64,000 nt of DNA, taken from assembly GCA_024673055.1 (NCBI GenBank), contig GCA_024673055.1_4537.1. One strand, given 5' to 3'. Origin of the DNA: a phage. This document shows, in pieces, positions 1-8,853 of the stretch (position 1 is its first letter; the number at the start of each line of letters is the position of its first letter). A program made the translations under genes and the position numbers. The notes beneath the pieces were generated by a model that made no database searches, was not told where the DNA came from, and saw only the letters and a program-made list of their open reading frames with translations.

Positions 1-82
1 ATTATTTCCTTGTTAATGGGAAGGAGTATGCTGTAGCAAAGACCTTGGTTGATAAGGGTAAAACGTGGAAAGTGGAGGCACT

Positions 83-289
83 ATGATCCCTGTAGCTGGG
101 TGGGTGGTATTGGCAACACTTAATGGGAATGTTACTGTGGAGACTAAAACCATCTTCAAAGCACCAGAAGATTGCTATAACTCCTTGGTAACTTGGCCTC
201 GTGATGAGGATGATAAGGCAGAGTATCAGTGTTTTTACATTGAGGGTAAGCCTGTAGAATTTGAGGTTAAAGTGAAGGAGGAAAAATGA
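83..289 (+). CDS. hypothetical protein
   Basis: Track ORF 65..289; GGAGG at 74-78 favours ATG 83; stop overlaps next start (ATGA). Confidence 0.4.
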   Translation: MIPVAGWVVLATLNGNVTVETKTIFKAPEDCYNSLVTWPRDEDDKAEYQCFYIEGKPVEFEVKVKEEK

Positions 290-756
290 GAATTAAAGTA
301 ACTAAAGCTTACGATGATAACCCGAAGTTTATCTCTTTGAATAAGAGTTATGGTGTCGAAAACGGCGATGAGTTCGAGGTTATCGATCTTTTTGAGGATC
401 ACGGGTATATTGTCAAAGCCCCAATCACAGAGCAGGCTATTATCATCTTACGCACAGAGGCTGTTGAGGTAGGTTCTGATGAACCTCAATATGACAGCCC
501 ATACATGACAGAGTGGATTGTGGCTGTAGATGTTGGAGGCAGGGTTTCTGTATTGAAAGCTCCTAATCTCCATCCTAGTTTTACAGAGAACGGTTTGACA
601 GCTTTGGATTATGGGTTGCCAGAAGATGTTGAGAATACACCGCCAGGTATGTACCGTTGGATTTGCTCTTTCCATGAAGAGAAGGATTGGGAATCAGGAC
701 TTGTTGATGATTGGCATTTTGAAGTGGAAAGTTCTTTTTTGATCATGCCAGCTTAA
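286..756 (+). CDS. hypothetical protein
   Basis: 156-aa ORF, GGAGGA SD upstream, translationally coupled to neighbours. Confidence 0.55.
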   Translation: MRIKVTKAYDDNPKFISLNKSYGVENGDEFEVIDLFEDHGYIVKAPITEQAIIILRTEAVEVGSDEPQYDSPYMTEWIVAVDVGGRVSVLKAPNLHPSFTENGLTALDYGLPEDVENTPPGMYRWICSFHEEKDWESGLVDDWHFEVESSFLIMPA

Positions 757-766
757 AGGAGGCTAT

Positions 767-1111
767 ATGAAAGTTTGGATAGATGATATGCGGAACCCAG
801 CCGACTATGGACAGGAAGATGCAATTTGGTTTAAAACGTCACAAGAAGCTATGGCCTTTCTCAATGATCCTGCTAAACTGTATCGAAGAGTAACCGAGTG
901 GTCTTTTGACAATGATTTAGGTATGGAGTCAGACCAAGATGGGTATGATGTTTTCCTGCACCTGGAAGAACTTCTGGCGTTTGGTAAACCTTGCTTTGGT
1001 TCACCTACCATTTTCGTGCATACTTCTAATCCCGCCGCTGGGGATAAATTCATGCTTGCAAAAGAATCCATGCTGCGTTATGGTATTAAAATGATTCGTG
1101 TGCACTACTAA
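767..1111 (+). CDS. hypothetical protein
   Basis: 114-aa ORF with AAGGAGG SD 7 nt upstream of ATG. Confidence 0.55.
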   Translation: MKVWIDDMRNPADYGQEDAIWFKTSQEAMAFLNDPAKLYRRVTEWSFDNDLGMESDQDGYDVFLHLEELLAFGKPCFGSPTIFVHTSNPAAGDKFMLAKESMLRYGIKMIRVHY

Positions 1112-1120
1112 GGAGAAAAC

Positions 1121-1264
1121 ATGCATCATTCGGTTTGGTCGGAACAAGAAGAGGACGAAGGTTACTTTATCTACCGAGAAGAAGAGGATTGGCCCGACAC
1201 AAGTAATGATCTTTTACTTCCAGACACTAGTTTTTTCGAGGATAACTTAAGAGAGGAGGATTAG
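1121..1264 (+). CDS. small acidic hypothetical protein (47 aa)
   Basis: ATG 1121 preceded by AAGGAGAAAAC; fills gap between annotated ORFs; below 60-aa track cutoff. Confidence 0.3.
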   Translation: MHHSVWSEQEEDEGYFIYREEEDWPDTSNDLLLPDTSFFEDNLREED

Positions 1265-1270
1265 GAAACA

Positions 1271-1627
1271 ATGAGTGGTATTGAAAACAACATTTGTTAC
1301 CAACCTCTTACCTGGATTGGTGAGGGTCATTATGCGCAACGTGTTATCGTCTGTGCTGCGAATAAGTATATTTTGAATAATGGTGAAGAGTTAATTATTC
1401 CTTGTGTTCGACATGCAAATCCTGTACTATATGCACAGTTAAGCGTGTTGAAAGAAGCAGGTGTAATCAACAAAACTTTGTGCACACCAGATAATCAAGG
1501 CTTTATCGATCAGTATTACAATTGGTGGAGTCGTGCGGATGCTTACATCATCGCGGAAAATGCTGACCAGATCGACCATGAGCGTAATGGTCACGACCAT
1601 GAATTATTTAGCGAGGGATTATACTAA
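1271..1627 (+). CDS. hypothetical protein
   Basis: 118-aa ORF, GAGGAGGA SD, stop overlaps next start. Confidence 0.55.
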   Translation: MSGIENNICYQPLTWIGEGHYAQRVIVCAANKYILNNGEELIIPCVRHANPVLYAQLSVLKEAGVINKTLCTPDNQGFIDQYYNWWSRADAYIIAENADQIDHERNGHDHELFSEGLY

Positions 1628-2178
1628 TGTTTATTACAAGCGATTTGCATTTTATGCATAAACGTATTCGAGAGTTTGCTCCTGAATATCGTCCGTGGGA
1701 AGATATGGACCACATGACAGAAGCCTTGATCGAAGCATGGAACAAATGTGCTACTACTCCTGGTGTTAAGATGTGGCATTTGGGCGACTTCTGTTTCGGA
1801 ACTGAAGAAGATACCCGTAAAATTGCTTCCCGTCTCCAAGGAGATATCACCTACTGTGTTGGGAACCATGACTACAGCAAACACCGAGAAGTGCTTGCAG
1901 AGTATGGAGAAGTGGTGTATTATGACGAAGTGAAATATCAGAAGCTGTTCTTCGTCTTAAGCCATTACCCTATGGCCTCCTGGAATAAACAAGGTCGTGG
2001 ATCAATCATGCTACACGGGCATTCCCACGGATCTTTCCCTGATGAAGCTTATGGTAAAATGTTAGATGTGGGTTGGGATGCACACGGAAAAATCTTGCAT
2101 TTTGATGAGATAATTTCTATGATGAGTAAACGAGATATCGTGACTGTAGACCATCACAAAATAATCAAAGGAGAATAA
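1627..2178 (+). CDS. calcineurin-like metallophosphoesterase (candidate 2',3'/3'-phosphatase of RNA repair cassette)
   Basis: Motifs SDLHFMH (DxH), LGDFCFG, VGNHDY (GNHD), LHGHSHG (GHxH) typical of metallophosphoesterases; immediately upstream of RNA ligase. Confidence 0.7.
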   Translation: MFITSDLHFMHKRIREFAPEYRPWEDMDHMTEALIEAWNKCATTPGVKMWHLGDFCFGTEEDTRKIASRLQGDITYCVGNHDYSKHREVLAEYGEVVYYDEVKYQKLFFVLSHYPMASWNKQGRGSIMLHGHSHGSFPDEAYGKMLDVGWDAHGKILHFDEIISMMSKRDIVTVDHHKIIKGE

Positions 2179-2179
2179 T

Positions 2180-3112
2180 GTGGCTAAATTTAATTGCGAC
2201 GATTTGGTTGAAAAAGGTTTAGTTCATAAGAAAACATATAAAGAAGGAGAGTATTCTGGTCTATCTGTTCTTAAGTATAAGAACAAAGTTTTCTGGGATA
2301 ACTTATGGAGCATTGATTCTCGTCTTCTAGAATGTCGCGGAATCGTTGTTGATGCTGATGACAATGTTGTTATTTGGCCTTTCACTAAGATTTTTAATCG
2401 TTTTGAGAATGGCACAGATCTACCAGCGGATGAACTTGTAGATGTGGTTCGTAAAGTAAATGGTTTTATGGCCTCTGTAGGTGTATATAAAGGTCAACTT
2501 ATTGTATCGACAACAGGAAGCCTTGAATCAGATTTTGCAAGTATTGCAAAGAATCATATTGTTTCAGAGTGTGATGACATAGAACATTTCATCAAATGGA
2601 CAGAGAGTGCAAAAGCAACTTTCCTTTTTGAAATCTGTGATCCTTCTGATCCGCATATTGTCGAAGAAGAACCAGGTGCATACTTAATTGGTGCCAGAAT
2701 TCAAAATCCTGATGGGACAAGTTTTATGTTACCTGAAGGTGCTCTTGATGGAATTGCTTCTGTCACCAAATTTAAGCGTCCTGAAGTTCATCCAATGGTT
2801 AAGTTTTCAGATGTTGTTGAAATGTCTAAACATTGTAAACACGAAGGGTTTGTAGTTCGTGAAACAAACTATCCGTTCAACTTACTTTTAAAAATTAAAT
2901 CACCACACTATCTTACTAAGAAGTTTCTTATGCGCGGTGGAGATAAAAAGTGGGATCTGATTTGGGATAATCCAAAAAATGCCAAACAAATGGTTGACGA
3001 AGAATATTACGCTTTGTTAGAATGGATTCGAAATAATTTTACGAAGATTCAATGGGCTGCTTTAAATCAGCAAGAGCGACGTGAAAAAATCGAAAACTTT
3101 TTTGGAGGATAA
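2180..3112 (+). CDS. rnlA: RNA ligase 1 (T4 gp63/Rnl1 family)
   Basis: GTG start after AAGGAG; LECRGIVVD and KVNGFMASV (nucleotidyltransferase motif I lysine) and STTGSLESDFASIAKNHI align with recalled T4 Rnl1 LECRGIMFE / KEDGSLVST / KSKGSIKSEQALMANGIL. Confidence 0.7.
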   Translation: MAKFNCDDLVEKGLVHKKTYKEGEYSGLSVLKYKNKVFWDNLWSIDSRLLECRGIVVDADDNVVIWPFTKIFNRFENGTDLPADELVDVVRKVNGFMASVGVYKGQLIVSTTGSLESDFASIAKNHIVSECDDIEHFIKWTESAKATFLFEICDPSDPHIVEEEPGAYLIGARIQNPDGTSFMLPEGALDGIASVTKFKRPEVHPMVKFSDVVEMSKHCKHEGFVVRETNYPFNLLLKIKSPHYLTKKFLMRGGDKKWDLIWDNPKNAKQMVDEEYYALLEWIRNNFTKIQWAALNQQERREKIENFFGG

Positions 3113-3517
3113 ATGAAACAACTTATCATTTTACGTGGTGTTTCAGGTGCTGGTAAATCTACAGTAGCAGAAATTATTTCTGAAGGTTATTGGCCTATCT
3201 GTGAGGCAGATCAATATCATTACACAGAGAGTGGTGTTTACGATTGGAAGCCAGAAAATGTAGGTAAAGCACACGCATGGTGTCAGGGTATTGTTCGTGA
3301 TGCTATGGCATCTAATCTTAACAAGATTATTGTTTCTAATACTTCAACCACAGAGAAAGAACTTAAACCTTATCTAGCTCTTGCTGAAGAGTTTGGTTAT
3401 CAAGTTATCTCTTTAGTTGTTGAAAATAGGCACGGTAATGATTCAATTCACGAGGTTCCACAATATATCCGTGATCAGCAAGAGAAACGTCTTCGTGGTT
3501 CACTTAAACTTCAATAA
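3113..3517 (+). CDS. P-loop polynucleotide-kinase-like protein
   Basis: Walker A GVSGAGKST at N-terminus; 134 aa; resembles kinase domain of T4 Pnk; adjacent to Rnl1. Confidence 0.55.
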   Translation: MKQLIILRGVSGAGKSTVAEIISEGYWPICEADQYHYTESGVYDWKPENVGKAHAWCQGIVRDAMASNLNKIIVSNTSTTEKELKPYLALAEEFGYQVISLVVENRHGNDSIHEVPQYIRDQQEKRLRGSLKLQ

Positions 3518-3526
3518 GGAGAAATA

Positions 3527-3853
3527 ATGCAGATTTATACAGATGATCGTAAATATGAGACAATTTTAGATGAAGATACTGGACGAATTACCGTTCTCCG
3601 TCACGGTGAAGAGTGGCGTGATGAAACGGGAGACAATTATATCTTGTCTCTGATTCATCTTATTGAACAAATGCGTGATGATTACGCTGAACTGCATTAT
3701 GAAAATGAGGCTAATAAAGTAAAATTTGAAAATGAATTAGAAGAGAAAGAATCCGAAATGGTATATCTAAAAGAAGAGATCTCCCGTTTGGAGGAAGAGA
3801 TTGATGCTCTTCAAGAAGAGATTTACGAACTCAACAACGAACTTAACGCTTAA
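3527..3853 (+). CDS. hypothetical coiled-coil acidic protein
   Basis: 108-aa ORF, AAGGAG SD; C-terminal heptad-like EEEI repeats. Confidence 0.5.
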   Translation: MQIYTDDRKYETILDEDTGRITVLRHGEEWRDETGDNYILSLIHLIEQMRDDYAELHYENEANKVKFENELEEKESEMVYLKEEISRLEEEIDALQEEIYELNNELNA

Positions 3854-3862
3854 GGAGGGATT

Positions 3863-4054
3863 ATGAAAAAAGATATCGTTGTTGTTGGTTGGCTGACTTG
3901 CCCTTGTGGTAGTAATGACATAACTGTAAACACAGAGGGTGATAAAAATTATTTATTCTACGGGGATAAAATCACTTGCAATACCTGCGGACGTGTTGGT
4001 ATTATAGAAACCGATGATTGTTGTGCTTTTGAATCTTGGGATGAAGAAGAATGA
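3863..4054 (+). CDS. small zinc-ribbon protein
   Basis: CPCG...CNTCG paired Cys motifs; AAGGAGG SD. Confidence 0.45.
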   Translation: MKKDIVVVGWLTCPCGSNDITVNTEGDKNYLFYGDKITCNTCGRVGIIETDDCCAFESWDEEE

Positions 4055-4272
4055 GTACTGCATTTTATGTTCGTAGCGGAGACGAGGATTTTTTAGCTAC
4101 TTTTGATGACGGTGATCTTGAAGATATGTATGAAGATATGCTTGACTATGCCAAAGGGCAAGGTTTCACAAGCATTGATTACATGTTGGCAACATCTACA
4201 ACGTTACTCGACGCAGATTTGGATGAAGTGTGTAACAGATTGAAAATTTCAGTTTTTAAATGGGAGGACTAA
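4051..4272 (+). CDS. hypothetical acidic protein
   Basis: 73-aa ORF overlapping stop/start with neighbours. Confidence 0.4.
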   Translation: MSTAFYVRSGDEDFLATFDDGDLEDMYEDMLDYAKGQGFTSIDYMLATSTTLLDADLDEVCNRLKISVFKWED

Positions 4273-5387
4273 TGCAACAAACAAATCAAACGCTGTATGG
4301 TAAAGATTCAAAAGGAAAACTTAAACAGTGGACAGTGTATACAGATGGTGCAGTTGTTACTGTAGCTCATGGAAGAGTAGGTGGAAAAATCACAGAAAAA
4401 TCTTATACAGCAGAAGCAAAAAACATTGGTCGCTCCAATGAAACAACACCGGAAGAACAAGCTGAACTTGAAGCTTTTGCCAAATGGACAAAACAGTTAA
4501 AGAATGGTTATTATAAAACAAAAGAAGAAGCTGAAAACCATGTTCCTTCCACACCAATGAAATGCCAGGATTATAAAGATTATCCTGAAAGGGTTGTGTT
4601 CCCTGGTTATGCACAATACAAACTGAACGGGTTACGTTCTATGATTAACATGAAAGGAGAGTGTTTATCAAAAGCTGGGGAAGTGTATAACCTGCCACCT
4701 CATTGGAAAGGTATTCCAAACTTTATTAGTGAAGTTGTTGGTCATCCTCTTGATGGTGAAGTGTTTGCTGGGTTAGGTGTCCTTAGTCTGCAACAAATTA
4801 ACAGCGCCTGGAAGAAGCATAATGCAAATACACCTTTGCTGAATTATTACGTATACGATATTCCAGTTCCAGATCTACCGTTTGAAAAACGTGTTGATGT
4901 TCTTGCTGCTCTTAAGGCAGTAGTTGAAGATTATGGTCTTAATGAGCTTATTTGTGTAGTTCATACAGAGTATATTGAAAACCAAGAACAGTTTGATGCT
5001 TTCTATGAAAAAGCTTTACTTGAGAAAGCTGAAGGTGTAGTATATCGTAATGCTCACGGAGTTTACGAATTTGATAAACGTTCTTATGACGTTATTAAAC
5101 GTAAGCCTCGCCATACCCTTGAAGTTAAAGTAACAAATTCAAAAAGTGATAAAAATGGCGATGGAGTGTTGACAGGTGAGATGGAAAATGGTAAAGTAGT
5201 CGAATTCTTAATGCGTAAAGATGCTCATGAGACTATCAATTATCGTAAAGCAGAGAATGCTTCTACCTTGATTAATCAGTTTGTTGAAATAGAGTATGAA
5301 GAATTTTCAGATGAAGGTATTCCAACAAAACCTGTTGGTGTTCGTATTCGAGAAATGATCCCAGGCACTTGGGAACCAGCAGAATAA
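4272..5387 (+). CDS. ATP-dependent ligase-family nucleotidyltransferase (probable DNA ligase)
   Basis: Start ATG 4272 after GGGAGGA; motif I variant KLNGLR (KxDG-type), LDGEV, EGVVYR, DVIKRK spaced as in covalent nucleotidyltransferases. Confidence 0.5.
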   Translation: MQQTNQTLYGKDSKGKLKQWTVYTDGAVVTVAHGRVGGKITEKSYTAEAKNIGRSNETTPEEQAELEAFAKWTKQLKNGYYKTKEEAENHVPSTPMKCQDYKDYPERVVFPGYAQYKLNGLRSMINMKGECLSKAGEVYNLPPHWKGIPNFISEVVGHPLDGEVFAGLGVLSLQQINSAWKKHNANTPLLNYYVYDIPVPDLPFEKRVDVLAALKAVVEDYGLNELICVVHTEYIENQEQFDAFYEKALLEKAEGVVYRNAHGVYEFDKRSYDVIKRKPRHTLEVKVTNSKSDKNGDGVLTGEMENGKVVEFLMRKDAHETINYRKAENASTLINQFVEIEYEEFSDEGIPTKPVGVRIREMIPGTWEPAE

Positions 5388-5396
5388 GGAGGAAAA

Positions 5397-5591
5397 ATGT
5401 TCTTAGCCATTTTAATCGTTTTCAGTGTGCTTTCTTTTTATTGTATGAATGCTTCGGAAAGCTTTCCTAAGAATTCAAAGAAAAGAACCGTATGTATTGC
5501 GATTGATTCATGTATGTCTGGAGTTGGGTATGCGGTAGTTTCTTGTTTCTTAGCTTATCATTGTGCAAAATACCTGGAGGCATTTTTATGA
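5397..5591 (+). CDS. small hydrophobic protein
   Basis: 64-aa ORF with N-terminal hydrophobic segment; SD AGGAGG. Confidence 0.35.
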   Translation: MFLAILIVFSVLSFYCMNASESFPKNSKKRTVCIAIDSCMSGVGYAVVSCFLAYHCAKYLEAFL

Positions 5592-5770
5592 TAATTTTAG
5601 CAACAATTCTTATGATGTTGATAGCCATTGCTATTGTAATTCTGGCATCTTTTCCGGCGGATAAATGGTATTTCAATATTCCACGTATGCTTGTTTTCGG
5701 TTTCGCAGGAATTTACATGGGTGAGACTGTAGTAAATATTAGCAACTTTCTAGAAAGCTATTTTAAATAA
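5588..5770 (+). CDS. small membrane protein
   Basis: GGAGG SD then ATG 5588; two predicted TM helices (IILATILMMLIAIAIVILA, MLVFGFAGIYM). Confidence 0.4.
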   Translation: MIILATILMMLIAIAIVILASFPADKWYFNIPRMLVFGFAGIYMGETVVNISNFLESYFK

Positions 5771-5779
5771 GGAGTTATA

Positions 5780-6505
5780 ATGATCGAGAATTTTTTTAAA
5801 GATATTAAATTCGATACTGAATTTTTCAAAAATGCAGCAAAGCACGTAATTGATTGGAATGCCAAAGCACGAGGTGGTGAACAACCTGAATTCACTCAAG
5901 AGTTATTTATGTCCCAAATCGGGTTCGTTCGTGAAGAGCTTAAAGAGTATGAAACAGCCGCGAAAGTAAACGATCATGTAGAACTCTTGGATGCAGCAGC
6001 GGATATTTTTGTAGTATCTAGTTATCTTACTTACATGTTCTTTGGTGAAGAACATACGCTGAATTTCTTGGACTATGCTGTAGGCGATGTTTTTACTCCA
6101 ACTGTGTATACCGATTTCGATGCTTTGGAACAAACATTTACAGAGCCAGTTCAAATGGCGCTAATGGCTGCTGGTATTATGCGTATGTCTCGTGACACTC
6201 TGATCCGTTCAAAATATCCAGAAAAGAAAGTTATTAAAGAGGTATTGAAAAGTAATGATTCCAAGTATCCAACTAAACAACAGTTGCTGAAAACTTGGAA
6301 AACTTCAGATATCGATTCAGCCATTGCACAAGAATGCGCTGCAATTGAAGAACGAAATGCCAATCGTCCAGAAGGGGCATACACTGGTGTTCATGCCGTT
6401 TATAATGAAAAACAGAAAGTGTATGTGTTCTTTGATGATAAAGGTAAGATCATGAAGTGGTCAGGTTTCATTAAACCTAATATCGCAGGTATTATTAACA
6501 AGTAA
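5780..6505 (+). CDS. hypothetical protein (possible all-alpha MazG-like NTP pyrophosphohydrolase fold)
   Basis: 241-aa ORF; segment REELKEYETAAKVNDHVELLDAAADIFVV resembles MazG/HisE EExxE...D motif; weak. Confidence 0.45.
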   Translation: MIENFFKDIKFDTEFFKNAAKHVIDWNAKARGGEQPEFTQELFMSQIGFVREELKEYETAAKVNDHVELLDAAADIFVVSSYLTYMFFGEEHTLNFLDYAVGDVFTPTVYTDFDALEQTFTEPVQMALMAAGIMRMSRDTLIRSKYPEKKVIKEVLKSNDSKYPTKQQLLKTWKTSDIDSAIAQECAAIEERNANRPEGAYTGVHAVYNEKQKVYVFFDDKGKIMKWSGFIKPNIAGIINK

Positions 6506-6561
6506 TGTTGTAAGCAGCCCTTTACGGGCGGTAATGTGAGATGTATTAAATAGGAGGAAAC

Positions 6562-7440
6562 ATGTTTGTAAAATCTTTTAAATCTGCTCTGCCTATGGTT
6601 GTTGGTGACGATGCTTCTGTAGCATCCCTTAACAGCATTACAGATATTCCTCTGGAATTTGTAACAGCAGAAGGCTCCCAGTCACACACTATCGGTCTTG
6701 TTCGTTTCGAAGATGACTCTAAATTTGTAAAAGAGTTTTCAGATCTTGAACTGCTTAATGTAGGTCAATCTGTGAAGAAGGTAGATAAAAAGAAAGTTAA
6801 ACGTATTCTGAATGAACGTCTAGAAGAAATGCGTCAGGACATGGAGAGCGAAGGTAAAGAGTTTTATGTCGATAAAGAAGTAGTCAAAGCAATGAAGGAA
6901 GATATTGAATTTGCACTATTGCCTGAAACAGAACCTGAAGATTTCTTTAACTATGTTGTCTTGGATAAAACTACGAATCTTCTTTATGTTCTTAATGGAA
7001 GTAAAAAGGTCGCAGAAGAGATTACTTCTTTCCTCCGTTCCGTTCTGGGGACTTTCCCTTCGGTAGGTTTTAGTGTGCACGAAGAAGCTATTGTAAAAGG
7101 TTTTGGTGAATTGCTGGAGAATCATGAAGCAGATCGTATTACTCTCGGAAATTATATCAAAATGGAGGATAGCGAGGGCGTTGTTGTTTGGAGTAAAGAA
7201 TCCCTATACGAGTCTAAAGCTGTCGAACTAAAAGAGGATGGTAAAGATGTGGTTGCAATCGGTCTTGAATATGACGGTGTTGTAGATTTTGTAGTGGATA
7301 AAGAGTTTAAACTTTCTAAACTACGTTTTCCGAAATATTTTGCAGACGAAGAAGGTAGTATTGAAGCTTCAGTCCTTCTGTGCTTCAATGAGATTCGAGG
7401 TCTGATGGAAGATTTAACCAAAGCAACAATCCTTAAATAA
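6562..7440 (+). CDS. hypothetical acidic protein
   Basis: 292-aa ORF with AGGAGGA SD; no confident family assignment. Confidence 0.5.
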   Translation: MFVKSFKSALPMVVGDDASVASLNSITDIPLEFVTAEGSQSHTIGLVRFEDDSKFVKEFSDLELLNVGQSVKKVDKKKVKRILNERLEEMRQDMESEGKEFYVDKEVVKAMKEDIEFALLPETEPEDFFNYVVLDKTTNLLYVLNGSKKVAEEITSFLRSVLGTFPSVGFSVHEEAIVKGFGELLENHEADRITLGNYIKMEDSEGVVVWSKESLYESKAVELKEDGKDVVAIGLEYDGVVDFVVDKEFKLSKLRFPKYFADEEGSIEASVLLCFNEIRGLMEDLTKATILK

Positions 7441-7444
7441 GTTC

Positions 7445-7473
7445 TTGACTTGCGGGATTAGTTATGATATTAT
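7445..7473 (+). promoter_or_regulatory. sigma70-like early promoter (TTGACT-17-TATTAT)
   Basis: -35 TTGACT 7445-7450, 17-nt spacer, -10 TATTAT 7468-7473. Confidence 0.5.
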
Positions 7474-7502
7474 GCCTACCTACTTAATGAGGTAGGCTTT
7501 TT
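7474..7502 (+). terminator. stem-loop with U-tract overlapping promoter
   Basis: GCCTACC...GGTAGGC stem followed by TTTTT, directly after the -10 element. Confidence 0.45.
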
Positions 7503-7512
7503 AGGAGGCGTT

Positions 7513-7722
7513 ATGAAAAAGATTCTGACAGTCGTTCTTTTAGCTTTTAGTTTCACAGTAGCAGCAGGTCAAATTACTTTAATCTTGTCTGATTCTGAAG
7601 TTAATGGCAACACAAAATATTGCTACTATTCTAACGCTAACCAAGATGAAGTTATAGCAATCCCGAAAAGTCGTCAATGTCCGTATACTAAAACATTCTC
7701 AACAGAGGATGACGATGAATAA
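7513..7722 (+). CDS. small secreted protein (signal peptide)
   Basis: MKKILTVVLLAFSFTVAAG N-terminal signal-like sequence; AGGAGG SD. Confidence 0.5.
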   Translation: MKKILTVVLLAFSFTVAAGQITLILSDSEVNGNTKYCYYSNANQDEVIAIPKSRQCPYTKTFSTEDDDE

Positions 7723-8163
7723 TTAGGGGGAAATATTAGCGGTTATATTTTAATTAAACCTGAAGATCTTCATTTATATGTCAACGAAGAAACAATAGCT
7801 GCAATTGATTATGATCAGATCGCTTTCCAAGCAGCGTCTGCATTAGAGAAAAGAACAATCATTGCGAAGCACATCCCTTCAGGTGCTCAAAAGGAATTTA
7901 AAAATAAGACAGAGTTTTGGGGTAAAAGTAAGACTAAAATTGGAGGTTGGCTAGGAGATACAAATGCAGAAAGAGCCTCCAAAAACAAACGTCCCTTCAC
8001 AAAGGAAGAGTTCGAAATTATTGATAAGCAATACCCGCCAGAAGATATCGGACACACCTTCCAAGCAGCTAAAACAAAAGTCTTAGGTATTCTAAAACAT
8101 CTACGTTTAGAAAAATATTGCGGAGTTATTGGCGTAGGAAAAACTTTCAGACACGCCTTCAAA

Positions 8164-8853
8164 ATGCCTGTAGAATATAAGTCTGAACGATTAGATATCA
8201 AACCACTTCAGCTTTCAGAAACCAAAGATTATCTTGTGGAGTTCCACAATGGTGATGTTGTTACTGTAATAGAGGCTGACGATGAGTTAGAGAAGTATGG
8301 TTTCCAAGGTTATAAAGATTATAAAAGGACGGGTAAATTTTCTTATATCGTAGTGTCTATAGATAAAGATAGTTTACATACTCCTAGTATCCTTTTTAAT
8401 TTCTACAAAGAGGATGGAGTATTTAAAAATCCAGATATAATTCTTATTGACGAGTCTATTGGCGACATATGGATCGTAGATAAAGGTAAAAAGAAAGAAG
8501 TTAAAGGTTGGGGAAGTTATTGGTTAGCCTATCAGATGCTAATGGGAGATAAAACAGATAGTATCCGACCTTATCAAGATTTTGATATTAAGTTCGGAGA
8601 TATTACTTGTTTTAATCTTCTTTCAGCTTGTAAAACTCAAGCAGAACTTTTCCAAACAGTTAAAGATACTTACTACTCGTGGTTCCCAGATGGTGTTAAT
8701 TTTACTTCTTGGGATGGAGAAGAAGTCCATATGACAACAGATGAATGGATAGAAACAATTTTCCAGTTGGTATACATGAAACGCTGGGATAATGACGATA
8801 CAACATTTGAGAGTATGCTTCAGTCATACATCTCACAACAGGAGGCAGAGTGA
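8164..8853 (+). CDS. hypothetical protein; 5' end uncertain (open frame continues upstream to 7723 without ATG/GTG/TTG)
   Basis: Track ORF; ATG 8164 lacks SD; same frame stays open for 147 codons upstream. Confidence 0.45.
   Translation: MPVEYKSERLDIKPLQLSETKDYLVEFHNGDVVTVIEADDELEKYGFQGYKDYKRTGKFSYIVVSIDKDSLHTPSILFNFYKEDGVFKNPDIILIDESIGDIWIVDKGKKKEVKGWGSYWLAYQMLMGDKTDSIRPYQDFDIKFGDITCFNLLSACKTQAELFQTVKDTYYSWFPDGVNFTSWDGEEVHMTTDEWIETIFQLVYMKRWDNDDTTFESMLQSYISQQEAE

Noticed and set aside
448-1071. Minus-strand ORFs 448..675 and 805..1071
   Set aside because: Antisense to SD-supported + strand genes in a uniformly + strand module
6562-7440. Assignment as RdgC-like recombination-associated protein
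   Set aside because: Only a short GSQ-containing segment and similar length resemble RdgC; insufficient for a call
7887-8201. Minus-strand ORF of 104 aa
   Set aside because: Lies antisense to a long stop-free + frame that is continuous with ORF 8164..8853; low-complexity translation, no SD
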